Of a stretch of 40,000 nucleotides of DNA, positions 16,549-23,756 are shown in pieces. The stretch lies in sequence record MN966732.1; one strand, given 5' to 3'. This stretch comes from Vibrio phage Chester. The position numbers were made by a program, and so were the translations under genes. Below the pieces are notes generated by a model. That model ran no database searches, was not told the origin of the DNA, and was given only the letters and a program-made list of their open reading frames with translations. Numbering within the stretch: position 1 is the stretch's first letter; every line of letters starts with the position of its first letter.

Positions 16549-16953
16549 ATGCAACTTGATGAAATGAAAGCAAAATTGCTAGAAGTACGTAAAGCTCGTA
16601 ATGCAGTAGGTAAAGCAGCAATGCAATCACTTATCGCTGATTTCGACAAACAAGCACGTACTGGTAAAGAAGTTGATGGTATGGCTCTTATCAAGAAATA
16701 TGTAGCTAATGCCAAAGATAACATGCGTCTAGAAAAAGACCGTGGCAACACCGCAGGTTACGAAGCTTACCGCGCAGAAGTAGATTTCCTAGAAACTCTA
16801 TTGCCAAAGCAGCTAACCGAAGCAGAGCTTCGTGAAGTAATCGAAGGTGGCTGTTTCAATAACATTGGTCAAGTAATGAAGCACTTGCGTGAACATTACC
16901 AAGGTCAATACGATGGTGGTCTAGCATCTAAAATCGCTCGTGAGGTTGTATGA
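16549..16953 (+). CDS. GatB/YqeY-domain-like protein
   Basis: MQLDEMKAKLLEVRKARNAVGKAAMQSLIADF...LLPKQLTEAELREVIE...NNIGQVMKHLREHYQGQYDGGLASKIARE. Confidence 0.75.
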   Translation: MQLDEMKAKLLEVRKARNAVGKAAMQSLIADFDKQARTGKEVDGMALIKKYVANAKDNMRLEKDRGNTAGYEAYRAEVDFLETLLPKQLTEAELREVIEGGCFNNIGQVMKHLREHYQGQYDGGLASKIAREVV

Positions 16954-17180
16954 ACCCAGCAGAAGTAAAAACTAAACTAGACATTCTTGATGGTGAGCTT
17001 AAAGACCTCACCATCAAAGCAAAAGTTCTAGCAGATAAGAAACGTGAGTGTGAGAACGAGAAAGCCCGCTTGCGAGTAATTCAACAATCTGCTTGCGACC
17101 ATCCAAGAGAAGCACGTAGTTCAGTTATGGTAAATAACGAACCCGAATACTTCTGTACATTGTGTGGAAAAGATTTTTAG
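16950..17180 (+). CDS. Hypothetical coiled-coil protein with C-terminal Cys/His residues
   Basis: ATGA overlap; CDHPREARS...YFCTLCGKDF. Confidence 0.7.
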   Translation: MNPAEVKTKLDILDGELKDLTIKAKVLADKKRECENEKARLRVIQQSACDHPREARSSVMVNNEPEYFCTLCGKDF

Positions 17181-17250
17181 GGCTGAGCCGGTGGCGGCAA
17201 AGAGGATTCCAAACCCTCCTACGTAGGTTCGACTCCTACCAGTTCTGCCA
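17179..17250 (+). tRNA. tRNA-Trp (CCA)
   Basis: AGGGCTG/CAGTTCT; GAGGA-TTCCAAA-CCCTC; TTCGACT; CCA. Confidence 0.82.
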
Positions 17251-17268
17251 AATTTATTAAAAATGCGT

Positions 17269-17297
17269 TTGCAAAACACATATTAACTTGCTATAAT
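17269..17297 (+). promoter_or_regulatory. Promoter TTGCAA-17-TATAAT upstream of tRNA-Ile
   Basis: -35/-10 match. Confidence 0.65.
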
Positions 17298-17317
17298 ATA
17301 CGCATAAATTAAGAAAT

Positions 17318-17393
17318 ACTTCCGTAGCTCAGTTGGTAGAGCAAACGACCGATAATCGTTAGGTCACTGGTTCGAGTCCAGTCGGGAGTACCA
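17318..17393 (+). tRNA. tRNA-Ile (GAT)
   Basis: ACTTCCG/CGGGAGT; AACGA-CCGATAA-TCGTT; CCA. Confidence 0.95.
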
Positions 17394-17398
17394 ATTTT

Positions 17399-17491
17399 AG
17401 TTCCTTAGCTCAGTTGGTAGAGCAGCGGGTTTATACTCCGTAGCAACAGATAATTGGCTGGTCATGGGTTCGAGTCCCATAGGAACTACCA
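17399..17491 (+). tRNA. tRNA with TAT anticodon (Ile-UAU) and a 22-nt variable region
   Basis: AGTTCCT/AGGAACT; GCGGG-TTTATAC-TCCGT; ATGGG-TTCGAGT-CCCAT; CCA. Confidence 0.8.
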
Positions 17492-17527
17492 TATTTTTTA
17501 ACTAACTAACAAAACAAGGACACTTAT

Positions 17528-18907
17528 ATGTCAACAATGATTATTGCAGGTGTATCAGCAGTAGTATTAGCGGTACTTTTTATCATTCTAGCACTAGTAC
17601 GAACAGTAGTTCCTGCCAATGAGGTTCACATCCTCCAGACGGCACGAAATACAACCTCGTATGGTAAAGGTCAAAAGAACGGTAACGTTTACTTTGACTG
17701 GCCAGCGTCTATCCCGTTACTAGGTAACGTGGTCACGACCTTACCGGTATCAGTGTTCAGTGTAGATCTTCATAGTTACGAAGCTTACGACTCTGATCGA
17801 CTACCATTTGTAGTTGATGTCACCGCGTTCTTCCGAATTGAAGACTCAAATACCGCAGCACAGCGTGTAAGTGATTTCCACGAGTTGCGAGAGCAATTAG
17901 AAGCAATCTTACAAGGTGCTACCCGTACAATCCTAGCCGGTTCTACTATCGAAGAAATCATGCAAGGTCGTTCAGAATACGGTGATAAGTTTACAGCAGA
18001 AGTAAATGGTCAACTAGCAGAATGGGGTGTACAAACAGTTAAGAATATCGAGCTAATGGATATTCGTGATGCAAATAGCTCTAACGTTATCAGCAACATC
18101 ATGGCTAAGAAAAAGTCTGAAATCGAGAAAGACTCTCGTATCGAAGTAGCTAATAACAAACGTGCAGCTGAAATCGCAGAAACAGAAAACATGCGCGAAG
18201 CAGAGCTAGCTGCCCAAGAAGCGCAACAACAAGTAGGTATTCGTACTGCTGAGAAAAACCGTGAAATCGGTCTAGCTAAAGAAGTAGCAGAGCAAGCAGT
18301 GCAGGAATCAGCAAAAATCACTGCTGAACGTGAAATGGAAGTTAAACGTGTAAAAGATACACAAGCAGCTAACATTGCTAAACAGGTTACACAAACCAAA
18401 GCAGAAGAGAACAAAATTGAAGTAGAGCTAAACGCACAAGCAGCTAAAGCTAAAATTATTCTAGAAGCTGACGCTAAGTTAGCACAAGATACCAAACTTG
18501 CAGAAGGTACTAAGATTAAAGCAGACGCAGACGCAGAACAGATTCGCCTAACTGGTGAAGCTAAAGCAGAAGCAGCTAAGAAACTAGAACTTGCAAGCGT
18601 TGAGCCTCAAATCGTCCTTGCTCACGAAATCGGTGAGAACGAAGGCTACCAAAGCTACCTAATCGAAATTCGTAAGGTAGAAGCAGATGAAAATGTTGGT
18701 CTAGAACAGGCTAAAGCACTACAGACTGCTGAAATGAAAGTCATCGCTAACTCTGGTGACGTAAATGGTGGAGTTAACTCCCTTATGAACTTGCTAACAC
18801 CTGATGGTGGTACTAAAATGGCAGGTTCTCTAGAAGCTCTAGCGCAATCTGATGTTGGTCAGGCGTTCTTAACCAAGATTGGCTTCGACATGGTTAACAA
18901 ACAATAA
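17528..18907 (+). CDS. SPFH/Band-7 (flotillin/YqiK-like) membrane protein
   Basis: N-terminal TM helix, RTVVPANEVHILQT, SPFH-type fold segment, long Ala/Glu-rich coiled coil (EIAETENMREAELAAQEAQQQ...ITAEREMEVKR). Confidence 0.85.
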   Translation: MSTMIIAGVSAVVLAVLFIILALVRTVVPANEVHILQTARNTTSYGKGQKNGNVYFDWPASIPLLGNVVTTLPVSVFSVDLHSYEAYDSDRLPFVVDVTAFFRIEDSNTAAQRVSDFHELREQLEAILQGATRTILAGSTIEEIMQGRSEYGDKFTAEVNGQLAEWGVQTVKNIELMDIRDANSSNVISNIMAKKKSEIEKDSRIEVANNKRAAEIAETENMREAELAAQEAQQQVGIRTAEKNREIGLAKEVAEQAVQESAKITAEREMEVKRVKDTQAANIAKQVTQTKAEENKIEVELNAQAAKAKIILEADAKLAQDTKLAEGTKIKADADAEQIRLTGEAKAEAAKKLELASVEPQIVLAHEIGENEGYQSYLIEIRKVEADENVGLEQAKALQTAEMKVIANSGDVNGGVNSLMNLLTPDGGTKMAGSLEALAQSDVGQAFLTKIGFDMVNKQ

Positions 18908-18983
18908 GTAACACCAAAACCCGCAGGTAACACTGCGGGTATATAAAACAAAATTCTAATTATAAATATCATGGAGATACTAT

Positions 18984-19202
18984 ATGAAAACAGCTAACCT
19001 ACTTAAATTCGCATCAGAAAAAGCTTTCGTTGTTAACCGTCACAAGCGTTCTCAAGAAAAGTTGCGCTCTCAGTGCCAACGCTTGTTAAAGGCAGGTCGT
19101 TTAGTAGAAGTTGAGAAGACACATGATCAAGTCATGTATCGTACTCCAGAATCAGTAGAGCAAGACGCTATCGCAGCATCACATCTACGAGAAGAAGTTT
19201 AA
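18984..19202 (+). CDS. Hypothetical protein
   Basis: ORF with SD. Confidence 0.7.
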   Translation: MKTANLLKFASEKAFVVNRHKRSQEKLRSQCQRLLKAGRLVEVEKTHDQVMYRTPESVEQDAIAASHLREEV

Positions 19203-19203
19203 A

Positions 19204-19279
19204 GCGGGAATAGCTCAGTAGGTAGAGCACTTGGTTGAAGACCTAGGTGTCGCTGGTTCAACTCCAGCTTCCCGCACCA
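19204..19279 (+). tRNA. tRNA-Phe (GAA)
   Basis: GCGGGAA/TTCCCGC; loop TTGAAGA; CCA. Confidence 0.94.
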
Positions 19280-19288
19280 CAATTTAAT

Positions 19289-19365
19289 GCAGCTATAGTT
19301 CAACTGGATAGAGCACCACCCTACGAAGGTGATAATCTAGGTTCGAGTCCTAGTAGCTGCGCCAA
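19289..19365 (+). tRNA. tRNA-Arg (ACG)
   Basis: GCAGCTA/TAGCTGC; loop CTACGAA; CCA. Confidence 0.94.
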
Positions 19366-19387
19366 TTTAATAAAATAGGAACAGAAG

Positions 19388-19675
19388 ATGATTACAGCAA
19401 AAGAACTTCAAGCATTAAATGTAGCTAAACACATGCAAAACGAACAACGTGTTAGCGAAGCCCTAGACAAAGCTCTTACAGGCGTTACACTTAACTATAA
19501 TCAACGCACAGTTTCAGGTTTATATGTTCCTGGTCTTAAATCTACAGATAGACCTTATGTGGAGTCAATGATGCGTGACGCCGGATATGATCAAGTATCC
19601 TTTGTTGCACAGAATGATGGGCGTAACGGTACAGATGTTCATATCTCGTTTGTACTACCACCACAAGCAGAATAA
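19388..19675 (+). CDS. Hypothetical protein
   Basis: ORF with SD. Confidence 0.7.
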   Translation: MITAKELQALNVAKHMQNEQRVSEALDKALTGVTLNYNQRTVSGLYVPGLKSTDRPYVESMMRDAGYDQVSFVAQNDGRNGTDVHISFVLPPQAE

Positions 19676-19677
19676 TT

Positions 19678-19767
19678 GGAGAGATGCCTGAATTGGTTAA
19701 GGGAGCGGGTTGCTAACCCGTCGGCTGCTTCGGTGGTCTCTGGGTTCGAGTCCCAGTCTCTCCGCCA
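19678..19767 (+). tRNA. tRNA-Ser (GCT)
   Basis: GGAGAGA/TCTCTCC; loop TTGCTAA; variable arm; CCA. Confidence 0.95.
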
Positions 19768-19858
19768 AATTTAATATTGTTATAGCCATAACAGAGTCCA
19801 CGAGAACTCCTAAGGATGCTCGAAGATGTTTTATTACTTTAATGACTTCTTTCCTGAA

Positions 19859-19878
19859 ACTGTAACTCCCGTTACAGT
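19859..19878 (+). promoter_or_regulatory. Hairpin ACTGTAAC-TCCC-GTTACAGT just upstream of RBS of the gene at 19896
   Basis: 8-bp perfect stem with 4-nt loop, 17 nt before ATG; a second hairpin TGTTAT-AGCC-ATAACA at 19778-19793. Confidence 0.6.
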
Positions 19879-19895
19879 CACAATAGGAGAGAAAC

Positions 19896-20099
19896 ATGTG
19901 GCGAAGACACAAAGTAAGAGTAAATTGGCATCGCCGTCTAAAAGACGATGAAATTGCAAAAGAAAACGGTTTTAACCAACGCTCGTTCAAACAAACTGAA
20001 GTCTACGAATATGACTTGTCTTGGTGGGACTACCCACATAGAACAGTACAGCGTAACTGGAAAAGCCAAACTAAGAACAAAAAACAATGGGAACGCTAG
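19896..20099 (+). CDS. Small basic hypothetical protein
   Basis: SD ATAGGAGAGAAAC; MWRRHKVRVNWHRRLKDDEIAKENGFNQRSF. Confidence 0.65.
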   Translation: MWRRHKVRVNWHRRLKDDEIAKENGFNQRSFKQTEVYEYDLSWWDYPHRTVQRNWKSQTKNKKQWER

Positions 20100-20125
20100 A
20101 CGTTCCCTTTCTTGTGGAGAATATA

Positions 20126-20674
20126 ATGAAGAATCAAATTTACCTAGCAGGCGATATGCTAAACCGTGGTGCTCAACTTCAACGAGCAGAAGAAAAACGT
20201 GATTTGCTTAATCTAGGGTACGAATTATACGTGCCACAGGATAATAAAGATATAAATGATAAAGAAAATCTTAACTCGAATGATGGTCTAGCAGAGAAAA
20301 TTGTTCGTGCAGATACAGATGGTATCATAAATTCTGACATCGTGGTCATGGAAGCTCGTGAAGCAGCGCTTGGTACTTGTATTGAACTTGGTCAGATCAA
20401 AGGCATGAAAGACGTCGCTAAAACAGTCTTGTCTATGCTAGAGTCTGGTTGCTCTCTTAAAGAAGTAATTCATAATATGCAGGAAATAGAGAATAAGCTT
20501 GTCCTAGTTCACAACTCAGATATTCGTCGTGCAGGTAATCCTACCGAAACAGGCGATCGTCGTTCTTATGCCCCTCACCAGTACATGTACGGTGTAGTGC
20601 TTGATGTAACCAATGGGCATGGTTTTTACGATTGGAACGAAATCACTTACATTCTAGATAAGGACAACGCGTAA
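20126..20674 (+). CDS. Nucleoside 2-deoxyribosyltransferase-like protein
   Basis: MKNQIYLAGDMLNRGAQ...LGYELYVPQDNKDIND...DTDGIINSDIVVMEAREAALGTCIELGQIKGM. Confidence 0.75.
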   Translation: MKNQIYLAGDMLNRGAQLQRAEEKRDLLNLGYELYVPQDNKDINDKENLNSNDGLAEKIVRADTDGIINSDIVVMEAREAALGTCIELGQIKGMKDVAKTVLSMLESGCSLKEVIHNMQEIENKLVLVHNSDIRRAGNPTETGDRRSYAPHQYMYGVVLDVTNGHGFYDWNEITYILDKDNA

Positions 20675-21300
20675 TGTTAGAAAAGATTTGGTCAGTTATT
20701 GCGGTGCTACTAGTAATCGGAGCATCAATCATCTCAGGGGCAGATTTGTTTGTGTCTGCCTTGAGTCTAGTAGGTATTCTGTTTGTACTAGGTGTCGCTT
20801 TTAAGCGGCCAGAGTCACAGTTACTGGGTGCTGTATTCTGCGGGTTCTTGGCGTTTGCCTCGATGGGCGCAGGCTTTTATGCGAATGCAGTCGTTAATGG
20901 ATTGATACTAATCCCCGCCTCTATATATGGATATTTTCATTGGAAGCGAAGAAAAGGTTTTCAATTAGAGCAAAGTATGTCTAGTGGTGGACTCACTAAT
21001 ATGATTGTTTCATTAGTGGCCGTCACAGCATTAGTGTTCTTCTTTGGAACTATGGGAGCAGGTGGGGCTATGCCTCTACTAGATGCCCTAACTGGAGTCA
21101 TGCCAGTATTTGCAACATTCTTAATGATTGGTGCATATCGAGAGCAATGGCTTCTATGGATACCCTTTAATGCAATACAAGCCTTTATGTGGTTTACCGC
21201 CGCGTCTTTGCAGCCTGCGGTACTGGCGGTGTTTGTGTTGAAACTGGTATTCTTGATTAATTCATTAATCGGATTTTATACTTGGAGAAAAGAGGCGTAA
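20674..21300 (+). CDS. pnuC: PnuC-like nicotinamide riboside/mononucleotide transporter
   Basis: Multiple TM helices, NGLILIPASIYGYFHWKRR, YREQWLLWIPFNAIQAFMW, INSLIGFYTWRK. Confidence 0.82.
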   Translation: MLEKIWSVIAVLLVIGASIISGADLFVSALSLVGILFVLGVAFKRPESQLLGAVFCGFLAFASMGAGFYANAVVNGLILIPASIYGYFHWKRRKGFQLEQSMSSGGLTNMIVSLVAVTALVFFFGTMGAGGAMPLLDALTGVMPVFATFLMIGAYREQWLLWIPFNAIQAFMWFTAASLQPAVLAVFVLKLVFLINSLIGFYTWRKEA

Positions 21301-21310
21301 GCCTCTTTTT
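21289..21310 (+). terminator. Rho-independent terminator after pnuC-like gene
   Basis: GAGGC-GTAA-GCCTC-TTTTT, overlaps the stop codon region. Confidence 0.85.
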
Positions 21311-21322
21311 AAAAAGTTTTAT

Positions 21323-21351
21323 TTGCTAACTTCTCTTATTTAACGTATAAT
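21323..21351 (+). promoter_or_regulatory. Promoter TTGCTA-17-TATAAT
   Basis: Exact -35/-10 match. Confidence 0.75.
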
Positions 21352-21382
21352 AGTTATATAAATTGATGAGAGAGGTTATCAA

Positions 21383-21643
21383 ATGATTGAAGAATGGGGA
21401 TGGGCAGAGGTTGCCGCTAAAATCTTAGGTCTTCCAGAAGAAACCGACGAAGAAGTTGTAGAACACCACCTACTACAAGAGTACGGTCTAGACTTGGAAG
21501 GTTTTGGTAATATTGCTGAGAAGCTACTAGGTATGACTGCACCTATGCGAACTGTACTTGGTAATGAGTTAGTACAAGCATTTGTTGTAAATGATGATCA
21601 TGGTACTCGTGCAATTGTTAAACAGGAGTTCAAACGTGATTAA
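21383..21643 (+). CDS. Hypothetical protein
   Basis: ORF after promoter. Confidence 0.75.
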   Translation: MIEEWGWAEVAAKILGLPEETDEEVVEHHLLQEYGLDLEGFGNIAEKLLGMTAPMRTVLGNELVQAFVVNDDHGTRAIVKQEFKRD

Positions 21644-21803
21644 TTTATCTTTAAAACAAGCACAAGTTGCCTTAGAATTGCTTAACGACATTGAAGCAGA
21701 GAAGGGTGGTTTACTCGAAGCAGAAGAACAGTTACAGGCGACGCTAGAAGCACTTATCGATGCTGCCAAAGATAAACAGTATAGCCCACAGTTAGCAGGT
21801 TAA
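21636..21803 (+). CDS. Hypothetical protein, GTG start
   Basis: ACAGGAG upstream of GTG 21636. Confidence 0.6.
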   Translation: MINLSLKQAQVALELLNDIEAEKGGLLEAEEQLQATLEALIDAAKDKQYSPQLAG

Positions 21804-21815
21804 TTAAAAATTGAA

Positions 21816-21844
21816 TTGCTAATTATCTAAGAAATCTGTATAAT
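21816..21844 (+). promoter_or_regulatory. Promoter TTGCTA-17-TATAAT
   Basis: Leader AGTTACATAAAGTTGAGAAACGGAGAT. Confidence 0.8.
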
Positions 21845-21875
21845 AGTTACATAAAGTTGAGAAACGGAGATTGTT

Positions 21876-22364
21876 ATGAGTAAGGCACTATTTGATTTAG
21901 TAACTGAACTACGAAGCAAAGATATAGAAGCTCACGAACTAGCAGAGCAGTACCTTAAAGACTTCGATACCATGCTTCTAGTTGAACCGATTAAAGCCCT
22001 GTGTTCAGAGACACTTGAAGCCAACTACCGTGGTCGTATGCACCTATACTTTGGAACTGAGTTTAATCAACACATGGCTTTCCCAGAGTATCGTAGCACA
22101 TACCTTAAAGAATATGGTATTGAAGGTATTGACTATGAGAGTGGATGCATCCACCTAGAGAGTTGGTGTGGTGATTCTTGCGATACACTTTTAGTCCCTG
22201 TAATGGACTTCAACAAGCTACGTGAGGTTCAAGAAGTGGCATTAGGTATGGTAACTACTCTTAATATCTTATTTCACAAAAGAAAGAGTGAAAAAGAAGA
22301 CGCCGATAAAGAAGCTCGTCGTAAAAAATACCTAGAACTACAGAAGGAGTTTGGTAATGAGTAA
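21876..22364 (+). CDS. Hypothetical protein
   Basis: ORF with SD after promoter. Confidence 0.8.
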   Translation: MSKALFDLVTELRSKDIEAHELAEQYLKDFDTMLLVEPIKALCSETLEANYRGRMHLYFGTEFNQHMAFPEYRSTYLKEYGIEGIDYESGCIHLESWCGDSCDTLLVPVMDFNKLREVQEVALGMVTTLNILFHKRKSEKEDADKEARRKKYLELQKEFGNE

Positions 22365-22665
22365 GGGTGTAGTTATACACGAAAGTACCATAAACGCTGT
22401 AATCGAGCAGCTAGGTTACTGGGCTGATTATTGTGATGACTCGGAAGGTTATCTAGAAGAATTAATGAAAGAGCTTGAAGAAGCATCCAATAACGAAGAC
22501 TCTAGAACTATAGGTTTATTCGATAAACTCCCTGAGCCTACTTCAACAGAAGATGTAGTTATTCAAGGTACAGGCAGTTTCCAAAAGGTATGGAAAGCTT
22601 CTGATGTAACCCCTCGTGGAAAGTTGGATAAAGTATTTGCTTGGAAACTAGTAGGTATTAGTTAA
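22357..22665 (+). CDS. Hypothetical protein
   Basis: ORF overlapping upstream stop. Confidence 0.75.
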   Translation: MSKGVVIHESTINAVIEQLGYWADYCDDSEGYLEELMKELEEASNNEDSRTIGLFDKLPEPTSTEDVVIQGTGSFQKVWKASDVTPRGKLDKVFAWKLVGIS

Positions 22666-22673
22666 GAATTAAA

Positions 22674-22750
22674 GGGTTGTATGCTGAAGTGGACGAAGCG
22701 CGGGATTGCAAACCCCGTCTTACTCGGTTCGAGTCCGAGACTTCCCTCCA
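22674..22750 (+). tRNA. tRNA-Cys (GCA)
   Basis: CGGGA-TTGCAAA-CCCCG; CTCGG-TTCGAGT-CCGAG; CCA; acceptor GGGTTGT/ACTTCCC with two T-T mismatches. Confidence 0.82.
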
Positions 22751-22756
22751 AATTTT

Positions 22757-22835
22757 CCAATAAGCCCGACAATCGGCGTCGCCTCTGGAATCGTTAGCCG
22801 ATTTTAAGATTCACAGAGGGAAAAGGGCTTATTGG
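22757..22835 (+). ncRNA. Compact pseudoknotted RNA element directly abutting tRNA-His
   Basis: P1 CCAATAAGCCC/GGGCTTATTGG (11 bp), P3 CCTCTGGAATC/GATTC-A-CAGAGG, P2 ATCGGC/GCCGAT crossing P3. Confidence 0.65.
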
Positions 22836-22913
22836 GGTGTTAGTAGCTCAAATGGATAGAGCCCCTGCTTGTGACGCAGGAGGTTGCGGGATCATACCCC
22901 GTCTAACACCCCA
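22836..22913 (+). tRNA. tRNA-His (GTG) with encoded G-1
   Basis: G-1 + GTGTTAG/CTAACAC + C73; CCTGC-TTGTGAC-GCAGG; non-canonical T loop ATCATAC; CCA. Confidence 0.85.
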
Positions 22914-22939
22914 ATAAGTCTTTAAACAAGGAGATAACA

Positions 22940-23134
22940 ATGATTAAGAAAATCATTCGTCGTAATAAACAAAAATTTACTGCAATCTTCAAAGAAGGTC
23001 GCACAATGTTCCCTCGTTACGAGTTTAATAACGTAACTTATCTAGGCAAAGCAAACGGTATGAACATGTTCCGTGCCGATGAAGGTTTTGCTTACAAAGG
23101 TATGACTTTCTGTAACGAAGCGACTTGGTCATAA
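22940..23134 (+). CDS. Hypothetical protein
   Basis: ORF with AAGGAG SD. Confidence 0.7.
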   Translation: MIKKIIRRNKQKFTAIFKEGRTMFPRYEFNNVTYLGKANGMNMFRADEGFAYKGMTFCNEATWS

Positions 23135-23143
23135 CAAATTAAT

Positions 23144-23220
23144 GCGCGGATAGCTCAATCGGATAGAGTAGGGGATTTCTAATCCTCTGGTTGAGGGTTC
23201 GAATCCCTCTCTGCGTGCCA
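23144..23220 (+). tRNA. tRNA-Arg (TCT)
   Basis: GCGCGGA/TCTGCGT; loop TTTCTAA; CCA. Confidence 0.92.
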
Positions 23221-23240
23221 TTTTTATATTGAGTACTAAT

Positions 23241-23621
23241 ATGCTGTCTAAAGTAATTATACCTATAGTAAACTACTTGGTGAATAGAGCAACCATACGA
23301 GAAGAAATATTAGCTTTAAATTTTAGCCGTGAAGGGTACTTAGAAGTACACCAAAAGCTTGTATTATTATTAGTATACCCTGCTTGGAAGAGAAAGCTGG
23401 TCTCAAGGGTTAATGGATTACCAATGAGAAGAGAAGACCTAGAATCCCTTAGAGGCTGGTTAATGTTCATGTCCCGAGACGAAGAGCTAATTAGGGGCAC
23501 ATTAGGTAATAGTACACGTTTACTAGTACTATTTAATATACAACACATGTTAAATCACCCTGAATTTGATAGGGTGCTATGGGACAGGATGCAGCTAGAG
23601 CACTTGGACTTACGTACATAA
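23241..23621 (+). CDS. Hypothetical protein
   Basis: ORF from 23229 trimmed to ATG 23241; ends 1 nt before tRNA-Leu. Confidence 0.5.
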   Translation: MLSKVIIPIVNYLVNRATIREEILALNFSREGYLEVHQKLVLLLVYPAWKRKLVSRVNGLPMRREDLESLRGWLMFMSRDEELIRGTLGNSTRLLVLFNIQHMLNHPEFDRVLWDRMQLEHLDLRT

Positions 23622-23622
23622 T

Positions 23623-23709
23623 GCTGGCGTGGTGGAAGTGGTAATACACGTGGGACTTAAAATCCCATGCCCTAGAGGATTGAGAGTTCGAGTCTCTCCG
23701 CCAGTACCA
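23623..23709 (+). tRNA. tRNA-Leu (TAA)
   Basis: GCTGGCG/CGCCAGT; TGGGA-CTTAAAA-TCCCA; CCA. Confidence 0.93.
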
Positions 23710-23727
23710 AATTCCTAAAAACTTGAA

Positions 23728-23756
23728 TTGCGAAGTAGGTCAATCTCAAGTATAAT
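23728..23756 (+). promoter_or_regulatory. Promoter TTGCGA-17-TATAAT
   Basis: -35/-10 match with leader. Confidence 0.7.

Noticed and set aside
16022-16751. Minus-strand ORFs 16022..16336 and 16419..16751
   Set aside because: Antisense to tRNAs; translations such as PVGFEPTTPSL are the well-known artefact of reading antisense tRNA sequence.
18010-18495. 161-aa minus ORF inside the SPFH gene
   Set aside because: Ser/Ala-rich antisense shadow of the coiled-coil region.
19948-20202. 84-aa ORF in alternate frame
   Set aside because: The 19896 frame has the better SD; this frame runs into the deoxyribosyltransferase gene.
13064-23709. CRISPR array or retron
   Set aside because: Repeats in this region are tRNA T-arms and promoter leaders; there is no regular repeat/spacer spacing and no reverse transcriptase or cas gene.
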